Positions 55,929 to 64,000 of a stretch of DNA of 64,000 nucleotides are shown here, one piece after another (position 1 is the stretch's first letter; every line of letters begins with the position of its first letter). Origin of the DNA: an uncultured Candidatus Saccharibacteria bacterium (GTDB lineage Bacteria > Patescibacteriota > Minisyncoccia > Phycocordibacterales > UBA6899); NCBI GenBank assembly GCA_964469335.1, contig CAYXYK010000003.1:3315-67314 (forward strand), given 5' to 3'. The translations under genes were made by a program, and so were the position numbers. The notes beneath the pieces were generated by a model. That model searched no databases. It saw only the letters and a list, made by a program, of their open reading frames with translations, and was not told where the DNA came from.

Positions 55929-57299
55929 ATGAAAAAAATAATAATTGGGTTTCTAAGTTTTTTGTTCATAATGTTACTTTCCCCAGTTCATGTTTTTGCA
56001 GCTATTACTTCTGACACCGGCGCAGCGTACACTGCATGTGTTAGTGGAACAACGTGTTCCTATTCGTATACAGTGGGAGCAATAACGGACCCTCTGCTTG
56101 TGTGCAGTAATAGCAACTTCAATGACGCTGATCCCGGTGCTGTGACCATGACCTATGGTGGCGTGAGCATGACACAAATTGGATCCAACCAATCCAAAAC
56201 AAGTGTCCCTGGGACATCCTATATGCAGACCTTCTACCTTGCGGGGGCAGCAACAGGAACACATACGCTTGCTATCACCACTACGAATTCTCAGAGCAAC
56301 GGTTTTTATGCACACTGTGTCTCTTACGGCGGAGTCAATCAAAGCACACCAATTGAAGCATACACTCAGCAGGTTGATGTGAATGTGGCAGTGAACACTG
56401 ATATTCCTGCTACTGTCACTACTCTTACAGATGGTGCATGGGTGGGGATGATGGCAACAGATGTCTATGCTCGCACTGTCGTAGCTGGAGCCAGTACGAC
56501 CAAAATCACAGGCTGCTCAGATGCGCAGGCCGACTGTTTTGACACAAATGGACCTGTTAGCCCGGCAGGGAATAGAACACTCAATGTGAAATACACAAAT
56601 GGCACCCTTGACTCCTTCATAATCACGGCGTACGCGATCAAGCCAGTGGAAGTTTATCGTGACACCGGCGCAGCGTACACTGCATGTGTTAGTGGAACAA
56701 CGTGTTCCTATTCGTATACAGTGGGAGCAATAACGGACCCTCTGCTTGTGTGCAGTAATAGCAACTTCAATGACGCTGATCCCGGTGCTGTGACCATGAC
56801 CTATGGTGGCGTGAGCATGACACAAATTGGATCCAACCAATCCAAAACAAGTGTCCCTGGGACATCCTATATGCAGACCTTCTACCTTGCGGGGGCAGCA
56901 ACAGGAACACATACGCTTGCTATCACCACTACGAATTCTCAGAGCAACGGTTTTTATGCACACTGTGTCTCTTACGGCGGAGTCAATCAAAGCACACCAA
57001 TTGAAGCATACACTCAGCAGGTTGATGTGAATGTGGCAGTGAACACTGATATTCCTGCTACTGTCACTACTCTTACAGATGGTGCATGGGTGGGGATGAT
57101 GGCAACAGATGTCTATGCTCGCACTGTCGTAGCTGGAGCCAGTACGACCAAAATCACAGGCTGCTCAGATGCGCAGGCCGACTGTTTTGACACAAATGGA
57201 CCTGTTAGCCCGGCAGGGAATAGAACACTCAATGTGAAATACACAAATGGCACCCTTGACTCCTTCATAATCACGGCGTACGCGATCAAGCCAGCCTAG
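55929..57299 (+). CDS. secreted protein composed of two identical 216-aa tandem modules
   Basis: Signal peptide MKKIIIGFLSFLFIMLLSPVHVFA. The module DTGAAYTACVSGTTCSY...ITAYAIKP occurs twice, rich in Thr/Ser/Gly/Cys. There is an AT-rich promoter region upstream. Confidence 0.7.
   Translation: MKKIIIGFLSFLFIMLLSPVHVFAAITSDTGAAYTACVSGTTCSYSYTVGAITDPLLVCSNSNFNDADPGAVTMTYGGVSMTQIGSNQSKTSVPGTSYMQTFYLAGAATGTHTLAITTTNSQSNGFYAHCVSYGGVNQSTPIEAYTQQVDVNVAVNTDIPATVTTLTDGAWVGMMATDVYARTVVAGASTTKITGCSDAQADCFDTNGPVSPAGNRTLNVKYTNGTLDSFIITAYAIKPVEVYRDTGAAYTACVSGTTCSYSYTVGAITDPLLVCSNSNFNDADPGAVTMTYGGVSMTQIGSNQSKTSVPGTSYMQTFYLAGAATGTHTLAITTTNSQSNGFYAHCVSYGGVNQSTPIEAYTQQVDVNVAVNTDIPATVTTLTDGAWVGMMATDVYARTVVAGASTTKITGCSDAQADCFDTNGPVSPAGNRTLNVKYTNGTLDSFIITAYAIKPA
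56013..57294. repeat. perfect tandem direct repeat, 2 x about 634 bp at 648-bp period, inside the CDS
   Basis: 56013-56646 is identical to 56661-57294. Both + and - strand spurious ORFs recur with identical translations at a 648-bp offset (56179 vs 56827; 55974 vs about 56622). Confidence 0.9.
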
Positions 57300-57321
57300 C
57301 CTTGGAGTTTTATTGGCAAAA

Positions 57322-57351
57322 AAGAATGCCCCATCGAGGGCATTCTTTTCG
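57322..57351 (+). terminator. rho-independent terminator (bidirectional-looking)
   Basis: AGAATGCCC-catcga-GGGCATTCT is a 9-bp stem, flanked by AAAAAA upstream and TTTTC downstream. Confidence 0.7.
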
Positions 57352-57443
57352 CTACGTTTCGCTAATTGCGGAAGTTATGAGTATGTGTAGAATAGAGTGG
57401 ATGTAGTTTTATTTAATCAAACTCACTTAGTGAAAGGACAGAT

Positions 57444-58511
57444 ATGACAACGCGCTTCTCCAAAACATTCAAAGTCGGCGACCGACTCGTCGGCGAGGGC
57501 CAGCCGGCACTCGTCATTGCTGACCTCGGCGGTAATTTCGACGGAAGTATCGAAAAGGCAAAGAAATTGGCAAAGCAGGTGAAGGATGCAGGCGGCGATG
57601 TGGTGAAGATCCAGAGTTTCCTCGCTGACAAGATCGTTTCCGGAAAAGGCTTCGCTTCGATGAAGCTCAAGGGCGTGCACGGCAGCTGGGGAAAGCCTGT
57701 CGAAGAAGTGTTCAAGTCAGCTGAGTTCCCACGCGAGTGGCACAAGGAGTTCTTCGATTACTGTAAGGAGATAGGCATTCTCGCCACTTCGAGTCCGTAT
57801 GATTATGAAGCAGTAGATATTTTGGACGAGGCAGGTGTGCCGTTCTACAAGATCGGTTCCGGTGACATCACCTGGCTCGAGATGATCGAGTACATCGCAA
57901 AGAAAGGGAAGCCCGTCGTCCTCGCGACCGGCGCAGCGACCCTTTCAGAAGTCGATGAGGCGCTCAAGGTGATCGAGTCGACCGGCAACAAGGAGATCGC
58001 ACTTCTTCAGTGCATCACCAACTATCCGTCCAAGGTCGAGAGCGCGAACATCAAAGTAATGGATACCTACAAGACTGCCTTCGACATCATGGTAGGGTAC
58101 TCTGATCACACCTACTCTGACACTGTCGTACTTGGTGCGGTCGCTCGCGGAGCAAAGGTGATCGAGAAACATTTCACCGACAGCAAGAAGAACGCAGGCC
58201 CTGATCATCCCCACTCGATGGAACCGCAGCAGTTCGCCGATATGATGGTACGTATCCGTGACATGGAGGCCGCTCTTGGATCGAGCAGGAAAGAGGTCGT
58301 CGCAGAAGAATCGGAGACTGTCGTCGTCCAGCGCCGCTCCCTCTATGCGTCGGCGGATATCAAGAAAGGCGAGAAGGTCGGTGTCGAGCGTATCATCGAG
58401 CTTCGTCCTGCGCTCGGGATATATCCGAAATATAAGAAGCAGGTAGGAGGACTCACCGCGGCGAAGGATATTAAGAAAGGGGAGGCTATCTACTGGGACT
58501 CCTTAGCATAA
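57444..58511 (+). CDS. NeuB-family nonulosonic-acid synthase (sialic/pseudaminic/legionaminic acid synthase-like)
   Basis: N-terminal TIM-barrel block LVIADLGGNFDGSIEKAKKLAKQVKDAGGDVVKIQSF. The C-terminal SAF domain is ...RRSLYASADIKKGEKV. AAAGGA Shine-Dalgarno precedes the ATG. Confidence 0.85.
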   Translation: MTTRFSKTFKVGDRLVGEGQPALVIADLGGNFDGSIEKAKKLAKQVKDAGGDVVKIQSFLADKIVSGKGFASMKLKGVHGSWGKPVEEVFKSAEFPREWHKEFFDYCKEIGILATSSPYDYEAVDILDEAGVPFYKIGSGDITWLEMIEYIAKKGKPVVLATGAATLSEVDEALKVIESTGNKEIALLQCITNYPSKVESANIKVMDTYKTAFDIMVGYSDHTYSDTVVLGAVARGAKVIEKHFTDSKKNAGPDHPHSMEPQQFADMMVRIRDMEAALGSSRKEVVAEESETVVVQRRSLYASADIKKGEKVGVERIIELRPALGIYPKYKKQVGGLTAAKDIKKGEAIYWDSLA

Positions 58512-58689
58512 AACGTTCACATTTGGCGGATTACTCAGCCTTCCATCAGCAGACTTGGAAGCAGTACGACTCGTACAGCTTCGCGAGCACAGCATCGGTC
58601 CTAGCCTTCGTACTCCGCTCAAATCTGAGCGTTTAACGGTCACAGCATTTCATATATATTTTGAAGTCTGTAATCCAATAGAAATAAAA

Positions 58690-59277
58690 ATGGATGAACG
58701 AGAAAAATTCGTTGAATTACTTTCGCAGCATCAGCCGAAAAAAGCTGATGTGATCGTACTTCTGGCCGGCGACCGATATCACCGTGTGAAAAAAGTCGCC
58801 GATCTCTATCATGGAGGATATGCTCCAAAGGTCGCGGTAACTTCGAGCGCAGACAACTGGGACTATGGGTCACTTCCGTCGAGTAAGCTCGTTCCTGAGC
58901 TTATTACACTTGAGATCCCGAACGAACACATCGTATGGGAAGAGACCGGACCACATACTCGTGCCGAAGCGGACTCAACGCTGCGAATGGCAAAAGAACA
59001 CGGCTGGAAGTCGCTCATTCTCGTCACAACCGAATATCACTCATATCGAGCCTTCCTCACATGGCTCAAAGCGATGCATGACAATGGTGCTGACATCGAA
59101 CTCAGCGTCGCCGCTGTTCAGGACTTCCCGGATTTCTACAATGAGACCCGAGAGGACGCGCTCATCCGTGAGTTCCAGAAGATTGCGCTCTATGGCGAAA
59201 AAGGAGACATTGCTTCGTACAAGGACGGCATCACCTATCTTTCGAGGGAGACCACTCATGTTAGTATAGATCCATGA
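58690..59277 (+). CDS. DUF218 (YdcF/ElyC/SanA-like) domain protein
   Basis: ADVIVLLAGDRYHRV...ILVTTEYHSYRAF pattern is typical of DUF218. Start chosen at ATG 58690. Confidence 0.55.
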   Translation: MDEREKFVELLSQHQPKKADVIVLLAGDRYHRVKKVADLYHGGYAPKVAVTSSADNWDYGSLPSSKLVPELITLEIPNEHIVWEETGPHTRAEADSTLRMAKEHGWKSLILVTTEYHSYRAFLTWLKAMHDNGADIELSVAAVQDFPDFYNETREDALIREFQKIALYGEKGDIASYKDGITYLSRETTHVSIDP

Positions 59278-59606
59278 GTGACGAACCGAACACATTGACC
59301 GAAGCGGAAGAGAAGGCGATGGTTGGTATCCTCTACAATCATCTCGCTTTTGCTACGACGATGGAGATGTTCGGTGAGCTAGGTGAGGGAGGCGTGACGC
59401 GCATCGAAAATCTGCGGGCGACACTCACGAAGCTACTGAGGAAATATGACCTCGCAACAGCGCTCCCTAAGGAGACCTTTCTACTCTTAGGCCTCACCGA
59501 ATTCCTCGCCAGTGAAGACCTGAAGACTTGGAGTATGCTCGAAACTAATAAGCATATGCAGAATCGTGCGAAATACTTTATTACGAAACTGGAGCAAAAG
59601 AAATGA
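59274..59606 (+). CDS. hypothetical protein (110 aa)
   Basis: ORF translationally coupled to flanking genes. No motif recognised. Confidence 0.45.
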   Translation: MSDEPNTLTEAEEKAMVGILYNHLAFATTMEMFGELGEGGVTRIENLRATLTKLLRKYDLATALPKETFLLLGLTEFLASEDLKTWSMLETNKHMQNRAKYFITKLEQKK

Positions 59607-59607
59607 T

Positions 59608-60246
59608 ATGAAATGGCAAGATGCAAAGATCATAATGGGAAAGCACTTCATCGGGCCCGATGAACTTTCCGCTGTTTCCGATGAACTCGGGATCAAAGAA
59701 GTCGTCGGAGCGCCAAACGTTCCGTATGACGAAAAGACGTTGAGCAAATTGGCGAAGGACTATCTATTGATACTCGGAGTTCCTAAAACGAAGCACGGGA
59801 CTCCACTCACACTTACTGCACTGCGCTCACGTTATGGTGTCGACCCGAACATCTCTGAACCGTGTCTCTACAATCAGGACTGGTACCTTAACGAGAAGTT
59901 CGCGAATACAACAACACTCAAGTCGCGCTGGTATCTTGTCCGCAAGAATGTCCTCAAGGAATCGCGTAGTGTTCGTCCTGACATCACCCTCAAGAAACTC
60001 AAGAAAGGAGAGGATTTCCCGACAGCGATACTCGCCACATTCACGTTCTTCGCTTACTACAATCTGACCGGTGGGCAGTTGCTCTGGAAACATGATTTCA
60101 TCTGGTGTAGCGACAAGGACAAGAACGGTGACAGGATATATGTCGGCAGATATCATGACCCGAAGAAAGTGAACAAGAACGGATTCAACATTCATCGTCA
60201 TCTTTCGCTCCGCTCTGTACATGCTGCGACCATCGTGCGGATATAA
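59608..60246 (+). CDS. hypothetical protein (212 aa)
   Basis: ATG 59608 lies immediately after the upstream stop. No motif recognised. Confidence 0.45.
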   Translation: MKWQDAKIIMGKHFIGPDELSAVSDELGIKEVVGAPNVPYDEKTLSKLAKDYLLILGVPKTKHGTPLTLTALRSRYGVDPNISEPCLYNQDWYLNEKFANTTTLKSRWYLVRKNVLKESRSVRPDITLKKLKKGEDFPTAILATFTFFAYYNLTGGQLLWKHDFIWCSDKDKNGDRIYVGRYHDPKKVNKNGFNIHRHLSLRSVHAATIVRI

Positions 60247-60263
60247 GCGTTATCATTCTCGAT

Positions 60264-61592
60264 ATGAAAAAAACACGACAACTCAAGACAGGAAAGTCGC
60301 AACGACTTTGGAAAGAAGCAAAGAAGGTCATCCCCGGCGGCTCACAGCTGCTTTCGAAGCGTGCTGAGATGGCACTTCCCGAACTCTGGCCGGCATATTT
60401 CTCCAAAGCAAAAGGAGTCGAGGTGACAGACCTCGATGGGAACACGTATATCGATATGACCCATATGTCGGTCGGCTCCTGTACGCTCGGCTATCGTGAC
60501 CCCGACGTGAATAGTGCGGTGAAAAAAGCAATCGATAAGGGCACGATGACAACACTCAATGCACCAGAGGAAGTAGAGCTTGCGAGCGTGCTCCTGAAAC
60601 TCCATCCATGGGCTGGCATGGTCCGCTACGCACGTGCAGGAGGCGAAGCGATGTCGATAGCGATCCGTATCGCACGCGCAGCCTCAGGGAGAGATAAGGT
60701 TGCCTTCTGTGGCTATCATGGCTGGCATGATTGGTATCTTTCGACCAATCTCTCGTCGGCCAAGAATCTCGACGGGCAGCACCTGTCAGGGCTATCGACT
60801 GTCGGAGTGCCGAAACACCTTGCTGATACTGCACTCCCGTTCCACTACAACCGTATCGACGAACTGGAAGAGATACTCCGGCAGAACGATGTCGGTGTCA
60901 TAGTGATGGAGACCATCCGTCACCAGGAACCGAAAGATGACTTTCTTCAAAAAGTCCGCGCGCTCGCGACCAAGCATAATTGCGTGCTCGTCTTTGACGA
61001 GATATCCGCGGGATTCCGACTTACACTCGGCGGAGCACACCTACTCTATGGCGTGGACCCTGATATCGCAGTGTTCAGTAAAGCGATATCGAACGGCTAC
61101 CCGATGTCAGCGATCATCGGTAGGAGCGAGGTGATGGATGTAGCGCAGGAGAGTTTCATCTCGAGTACTTACTGGACCGAGCGGGTCGGGCTCGTCGCCG
61201 CACTTGCGACCATCGACAAGATGAAAAAAAAGAATGTCTCCCGCCACCTCGAAAAGATCGGAACACTCATCGAGAAAGGCTGGATCGCCGCAGCAAAGAA
61301 ACATGGTCTCACTATCGAAACTGAAGGACCGATGTGTCTTGTGTCGCTGGCATTCAAATATCCGAACGCGCAGGAAGTGAAGACGCTGTTCACTCAGGAG
61401 ATGCTCCGCAGGGGATTTCTCGCAGGTCTTTCGGTGTATGTGAGTTACGCGCACAAGGAACTCCATGTGAAAAAATATATGAAAGCGATCGATGAGGTCT
61501 TTGCCATCCTTGCGCTAGCTATCGCAGAAGGGAACGTCAAGGAGCTGCTTGAGGGGCCTGTGGCACATTCTGGCTTCGCTCGCCTTACTTAA
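60264..61592 (+). CDS. class-III PLP-dependent aminotransferase (glutamate-1-semialdehyde aminomutase-like)
   Basis: VLVFDEISAGFR...GVDPDIAVFSKAISNGYPMSAIIG contains the class-III PLP-Lys block. Confidence 0.8.
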   Translation: MKKTRQLKTGKSQRLWKEAKKVIPGGSQLLSKRAEMALPELWPAYFSKAKGVEVTDLDGNTYIDMTHMSVGSCTLGYRDPDVNSAVKKAIDKGTMTTLNAPEEVELASVLLKLHPWAGMVRYARAGGEAMSIAIRIARAASGRDKVAFCGYHGWHDWYLSTNLSSAKNLDGQHLSGLSTVGVPKHLADTALPFHYNRIDELEEILRQNDVGVIVMETIRHQEPKDDFLQKVRALATKHNCVLVFDEISAGFRLTLGGAHLLYGVDPDIAVFSKAISNGYPMSAIIGRSEVMDVAQESFISSTYWTERVGLVAALATIDKMKKKNVSRHLEKIGTLIEKGWIAAAKKHGLTIETEGPMCLVSLAFKYPNAQEVKTLFTQEMLRRGFLAGLSVYVSYAHKELHVKKYMKAIDEVFAILALAIAEGNVKELLEGPVAHSGFARLT

Positions 61593-61716
61593 GATTTTAT
61601 TTTTGGCGCACTACTCGTCTTTCCTTTTTCAGGTTCGGAGACAGTATATGCGAATACAGCCTCACGAACACTGAAAAAGTCCAACACTTCGTATTGCATC
61701 CAAAAAATAAAATCTT
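61591..61716 (+). repeat. nested inverted-repeat element (16/17-bp AT-rich outer arms plus 9-bp inner arms) in intergenic region
   Basis: AAGATTTTATTTTTGG at 61591-61606 pairs with CCAAAAAATAAAATCTT at 61700-61716. Inner CCTTTTTCAG at 61623-61632 pairs with CTGAAAAAG at 61671-61679. Confidence 0.4.
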
Positions 61717-61731
61717 TGCTATTATTCGTCC

Positions 61732-62493
61732 ATGACAAAAGTTGTTGCGATCATTCAAGCTCGGCTCGGCTCCACACGACTCCCTGGAAAGGTGCTCATG
61801 GAAGTGGAAGGGAAGACAGTCCTCGAACGTGTGGTCGAGCGTACCCGCCATGCAAAGAAAATAGACAGTGTCGTGGTCACGATGCCGACATCAGAACGTG
61901 ACGATACGCTCGCGAAATTCTGTGAAGAGAAAGGGATACCGTTCTACCGCGGGAAAGAAGAAGATCTGCTCGGGCAGTATGTTGCTGCAGCAGAAAAGGA
62001 ACATGCGACCCATATCGTGCGCATCACCGCCGATTGCCCGCTGATCGACCCTGAGATCATCGATCAGGCGATCGAGAGATTCTTCTCCGGTGAACTCGAC
62101 TATCTTTCGACCGGGCGTTTGGTGACAACATACCCTGATGGACTAGACACCGAAGTGTTCACTAAAGCTGCGTTGCTTCGTGCCGCGGATGAGGCGAAAC
62201 TCCCGAGTGAGCATGAACATGTCACTCCGTACATATGGAATCACCCCGAACTCTTCCGCATCGCTACGCTCGAATATGAGCGTGACCTTTCGACATTACG
62301 ATGGACCGTCGATGAACCGCGCGACCTCGAGTTCGTGCGTGCGGTCTATCACGAACTCGCCGGTAGGGACGTGTTCCCAATGAACGACGTTCTGGGCGTA
62401 CTCACCAAGAAACCTGAGCTCGGGAATATCAATTCGGATATCACACGGAATTCCGGATACTACAAATCATTGCGCGAAGAGAGAGGTGCGTAG
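61732..62493 (+). CDS. SpsF-type (CTP_transf_3) cytidylyltransferase, paralog B
   Basis: KVVAIIQARLGSTRLPGKVL N-terminal signature. It is collinear with the gene at 44295. Confidence 0.75.
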   Translation: MTKVVAIIQARLGSTRLPGKVLMEVEGKTVLERVVERTRHAKKIDSVVVTMPTSERDDTLAKFCEEKGIPFYRGKEEDLLGQYVAAAEKEHATHIVRITADCPLIDPEIIDQAIERFFSGELDYLSTGRLVTTYPDGLDTEVFTKAALLRAADEAKLPSEHEHVTPYIWNHPELFRIATLEYERDLSTLRWTVDEPRDLEFVRAVYHELAGRDVFPMNDVLGVLTKKPELGNINSDITRNSGYYKSLREERGA

Positions 62494-62504
62494 TCGTCGT
62501 CTTG

Positions 62505-63941
62505 TCAGGTCCTCTTGTAGATATCGTCGTATCTGACGATGTCATCTTCGCCAAGATATCCTCCGACTTGAGTCTCGATCATGACAAGGATCTCGCTTCC
62601 TGGATTGGTGAGTCGGTGTTTGTTACCCGCTTCTACAAACGCACCTTCATTTGTGTTCAGCAGTATTTCCTGTTCACCGTTGACTATCTTCGCGGTGCCG
62701 CTGACGATGACCCAATGTTCGCTACGGTGCTCATGCGACTGGAGTGAAAGTGATGCACCTGGCTTCACGACGATGCGTTTCAATTTGAAGCCAGCTCCTT
62801 CCTCAAGGATCGTGTATGTGCCCCATGGGCGGTGGACCGTGCGGTGATAGAGGTAGCCCTCGTGTCCTTTCTTTTTGAGATGTTCCGAGACCTTCTTCAC
62901 TTCCTGACTCCTGTCCTTGTGTGCGATCAGAAGTGCATCCGGGGTGTCGACGATGATCAGGTCCTCGATACCGATGGTGGCGGTGAGTCTATGCGGGGAA
63001 TTGATGTAGGTACCTCTGGTGTCGATAGTAAACACTTCTCCCTCGGTCCGGTTCTTCTCGTCGTTCTCAGGAGTCAGTTCAGACATGGACTTCCATGAGC
63101 CGATGTCCTTCCAGTCGAAATCCGCGGGAACAACCGCGACCTTTTCTGATCGCTCCATCATCGCGAGGTCGATAGATATGTCAGGAAGTTTCGAGAATGA
63201 ATCTGCGTGAAAACGCAGCGGTGATACCTCTAGGTCGGTCGCGTCGAAGACCGCTTGTGCGGCGAGCATGATGTCGGGAGCAACGATCCTCGCTTCGTTA
63301 AGGTAGGTTTCCGCTTCAAAACAGAATATCCCGGCATTCCAAAGGAACCTGCCACTTTCAATAAAACGCAACGCTGTGGATCTGTCGGGTTTTTCTGTGA
63401 ATCGTGCGACAAGATGTCCCTTCGTCCCTTCGACGCCCCCGCCGAGCTCGATGTAGCCATATCCGGTTTCTGGGTAGAGGGGAGTGATACCGAAGGTGAC
63501 GATATGACCGAGTGTCGCAAGCACAACCGCATCCTCCACTGAACGTTCGAATCCTTTCTGGTCCCCGATGAGATGATCAGCCGAGAGGAAAAGTAAAATC
63601 ACATCTTCTCCAAACTTCTTTTTCGCATAGAGTGTGGCGAGCTTCACCGCCGCAGCCGTATTCTTTCCATAGGGTTCCAAAAGATAGGAAATATTCACTC
63701 CGTCGATATCACTGTCTATGAAATGGTCCTGTGTGCGAAAGAACAGATCGTCCCGGGTGACAACGATCATCTCCGTCACCCCTGGGAGCGCCGCCCGTTT
63801 GAATGCCTTCACCAGCAGACTTTCGCCGTCCGGGAGGGAAATGAAGGGTTTCGGGCTCGCCTCACGAGAAAGTGGCCATAGGCGCGTACCGGAACCACCG
63901 GAGAGGATAACAGGAATGATGGTAGGTTTCGCCGAGGTCAT
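62505..63941 (-). CDS. manC: mannose-1-phosphate guanylyltransferase / mannose-6-phosphate isomerase (bifunctional, cupin C-terminus)
   Basis: IIPVILSGGSGTRLWPLSR nucleotidyltransferase motif. The C-terminal cupin is HRPWGTY...HEHRSEHWVIVSGTA. I chose the start at ATG 63941 rather than the track's TTG at 63977. Confidence 0.85.
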   Translation of the reverse strand: MTSAKPTIIPVILSGGSGTRLWPLSREASPKPFISLPDGESLLVKAFKRAALPGVTEMIVVTRDDLFFRTQDHFIDSDIDGVNISYLLEPYGKNTAAAVKLATLYAKKKFGEDVILLFLSADHLIGDQKGFERSVEDAVVLATLGHIVTFGITPLYPETGYGYIELGGGVEGTKGHLVARFTEKPDRSTALRFIESGRFLWNAGIFCFEAETYLNEARIVAPDIMLAAQAVFDATDLEVSPLRFHADSFSKLPDISIDLAMMERSEKVAVVPADFDWKDIGSWKSMSELTPENDEKNRTEGEVFTIDTRGTYINSPHRLTATIGIEDLIIVDTPDALLIAHKDRSQEVKKVSEHLKKKGHEGYLYHRTVHRPWGTYTILEEGAGFKLKRIVVKPGASLSLQSHEHRSEHWVIVSGTAKIVNGEQEILLNTNEGAFVEAGNKHRLTNPGSEILVMIETQVGGYLGEDDIVRYDDIYKRT

Positions 63942-64000
63942 GGAAGGATTGTTGTGGTTCAATAAATACCATAACAATCATCGGTTGTCATTGGTTGCAG

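Noticed and set aside
55929-57299. Possibility that the 648-bp direct repeats are a CRISPR array or mobile-element terminal repeats
   Set aside because: There are only two copies, they are directly tandem with no spacers, and they lie in-frame within one continuous secreted-protein ORF. This fits a coding tandem duplication, not CRISPR or insertion-sequence termini.
57444-58511. Alternative reading of the NeuB-like gene as a spore-coat or KDO-type aldolase only
   Set aside because: The C-terminal SAF/antifreeze-like domain and the neighbouring PseB-like dehydratase, DegT aminotransferase and CTP_transf_3 cytidylyltransferases make a nonulosonic-acid synthase the more coherent call. The Pse versus Leg versus Neu subtype is left open.
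1-64000. Search for transposase, integrase, recombinase, restriction-modification, toxin-antitoxin or Cas genes
   Set aside because: No ORF showed the characteristic motifs (DDE, tyrosine-recombinase RHRY, HNH or Cas signatures). The many methyltransferases have small-molecule or sugar methyltransferase architecture rather than DNA methyltransferase motifs (no DPPY or PCQ).

Overview
This 64 kb window is a densely packed, mostly co-directional bacterial locus with no rRNA, tRNA, CRISPR array, transposase or integrase that I could recognise. Almost all of it is one surface-glycan biosynthesis super-locus. It carries at least 8 GT4/GT2 glycosyltransferases, about 12 class-I SAM methyltransferases, several SDR epimerase/dehydratases, three truncated UDP-sugar-dehydrogenase-like paralogs, two DegT-type and one class-III aminotransferase, a sugar N-formyltransferase, a C-methyltransferase, a polysaccharide deacetylase, AsnB, a Wzx-like flippase, a GtrA/GtrB/GT-C-like triad and ManC. 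The 3' third (about 44.3-62.5 kb) encodes what looks like a nonulosonic-acid pathway of the pseudaminic/legionaminic type. It has a PseB/CapD-like 4,6-dehydratase, a DegT aminotransferase, a NeuB-family synthase and two SpsF-type cytidylyltransferases. Embedded in it is a lower-GC (about 40%) cassette of AAC(3)-family N-acyltransferase, AcpS, FkbH-like HAD protein, ACP, MaoC dehydratase and SDR reductase. I infer this cassette makes an unusual ACP-borne N-acyl decoration; this is the strongest candidate here for an undescribed system. Other notable items follow. There is a bacterial Elp3 (radical-SAM/GNAT) homolog. There is a VirD4/TraD-like ATPase with a proline-rich tail. There is a lamin-tail-domain secreted protein. 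A secreted protein gene contains a perfect 648 bp tandem duplication. Three higher-GC (about 58-60%) self-contained cassettes each have their own sigma70-like promoter, canonical Shine-Dalgarno sites and a rho-independent terminator; one of them holds a 59-aa secreted small ORF missed by the ORF track. Recurrent TGnTATACT motifs lie 6-11 nt upstream of start codons, suggesting leaderless mRNAs. A nested inverted-repeat element of about 125 nt sits in one intergenic region. The gene content (LTD proteins, VirD4-like ATPases, many GT/MT genes) is compatible with a CPR/Parcubacteria-like organism, but that is inference only.
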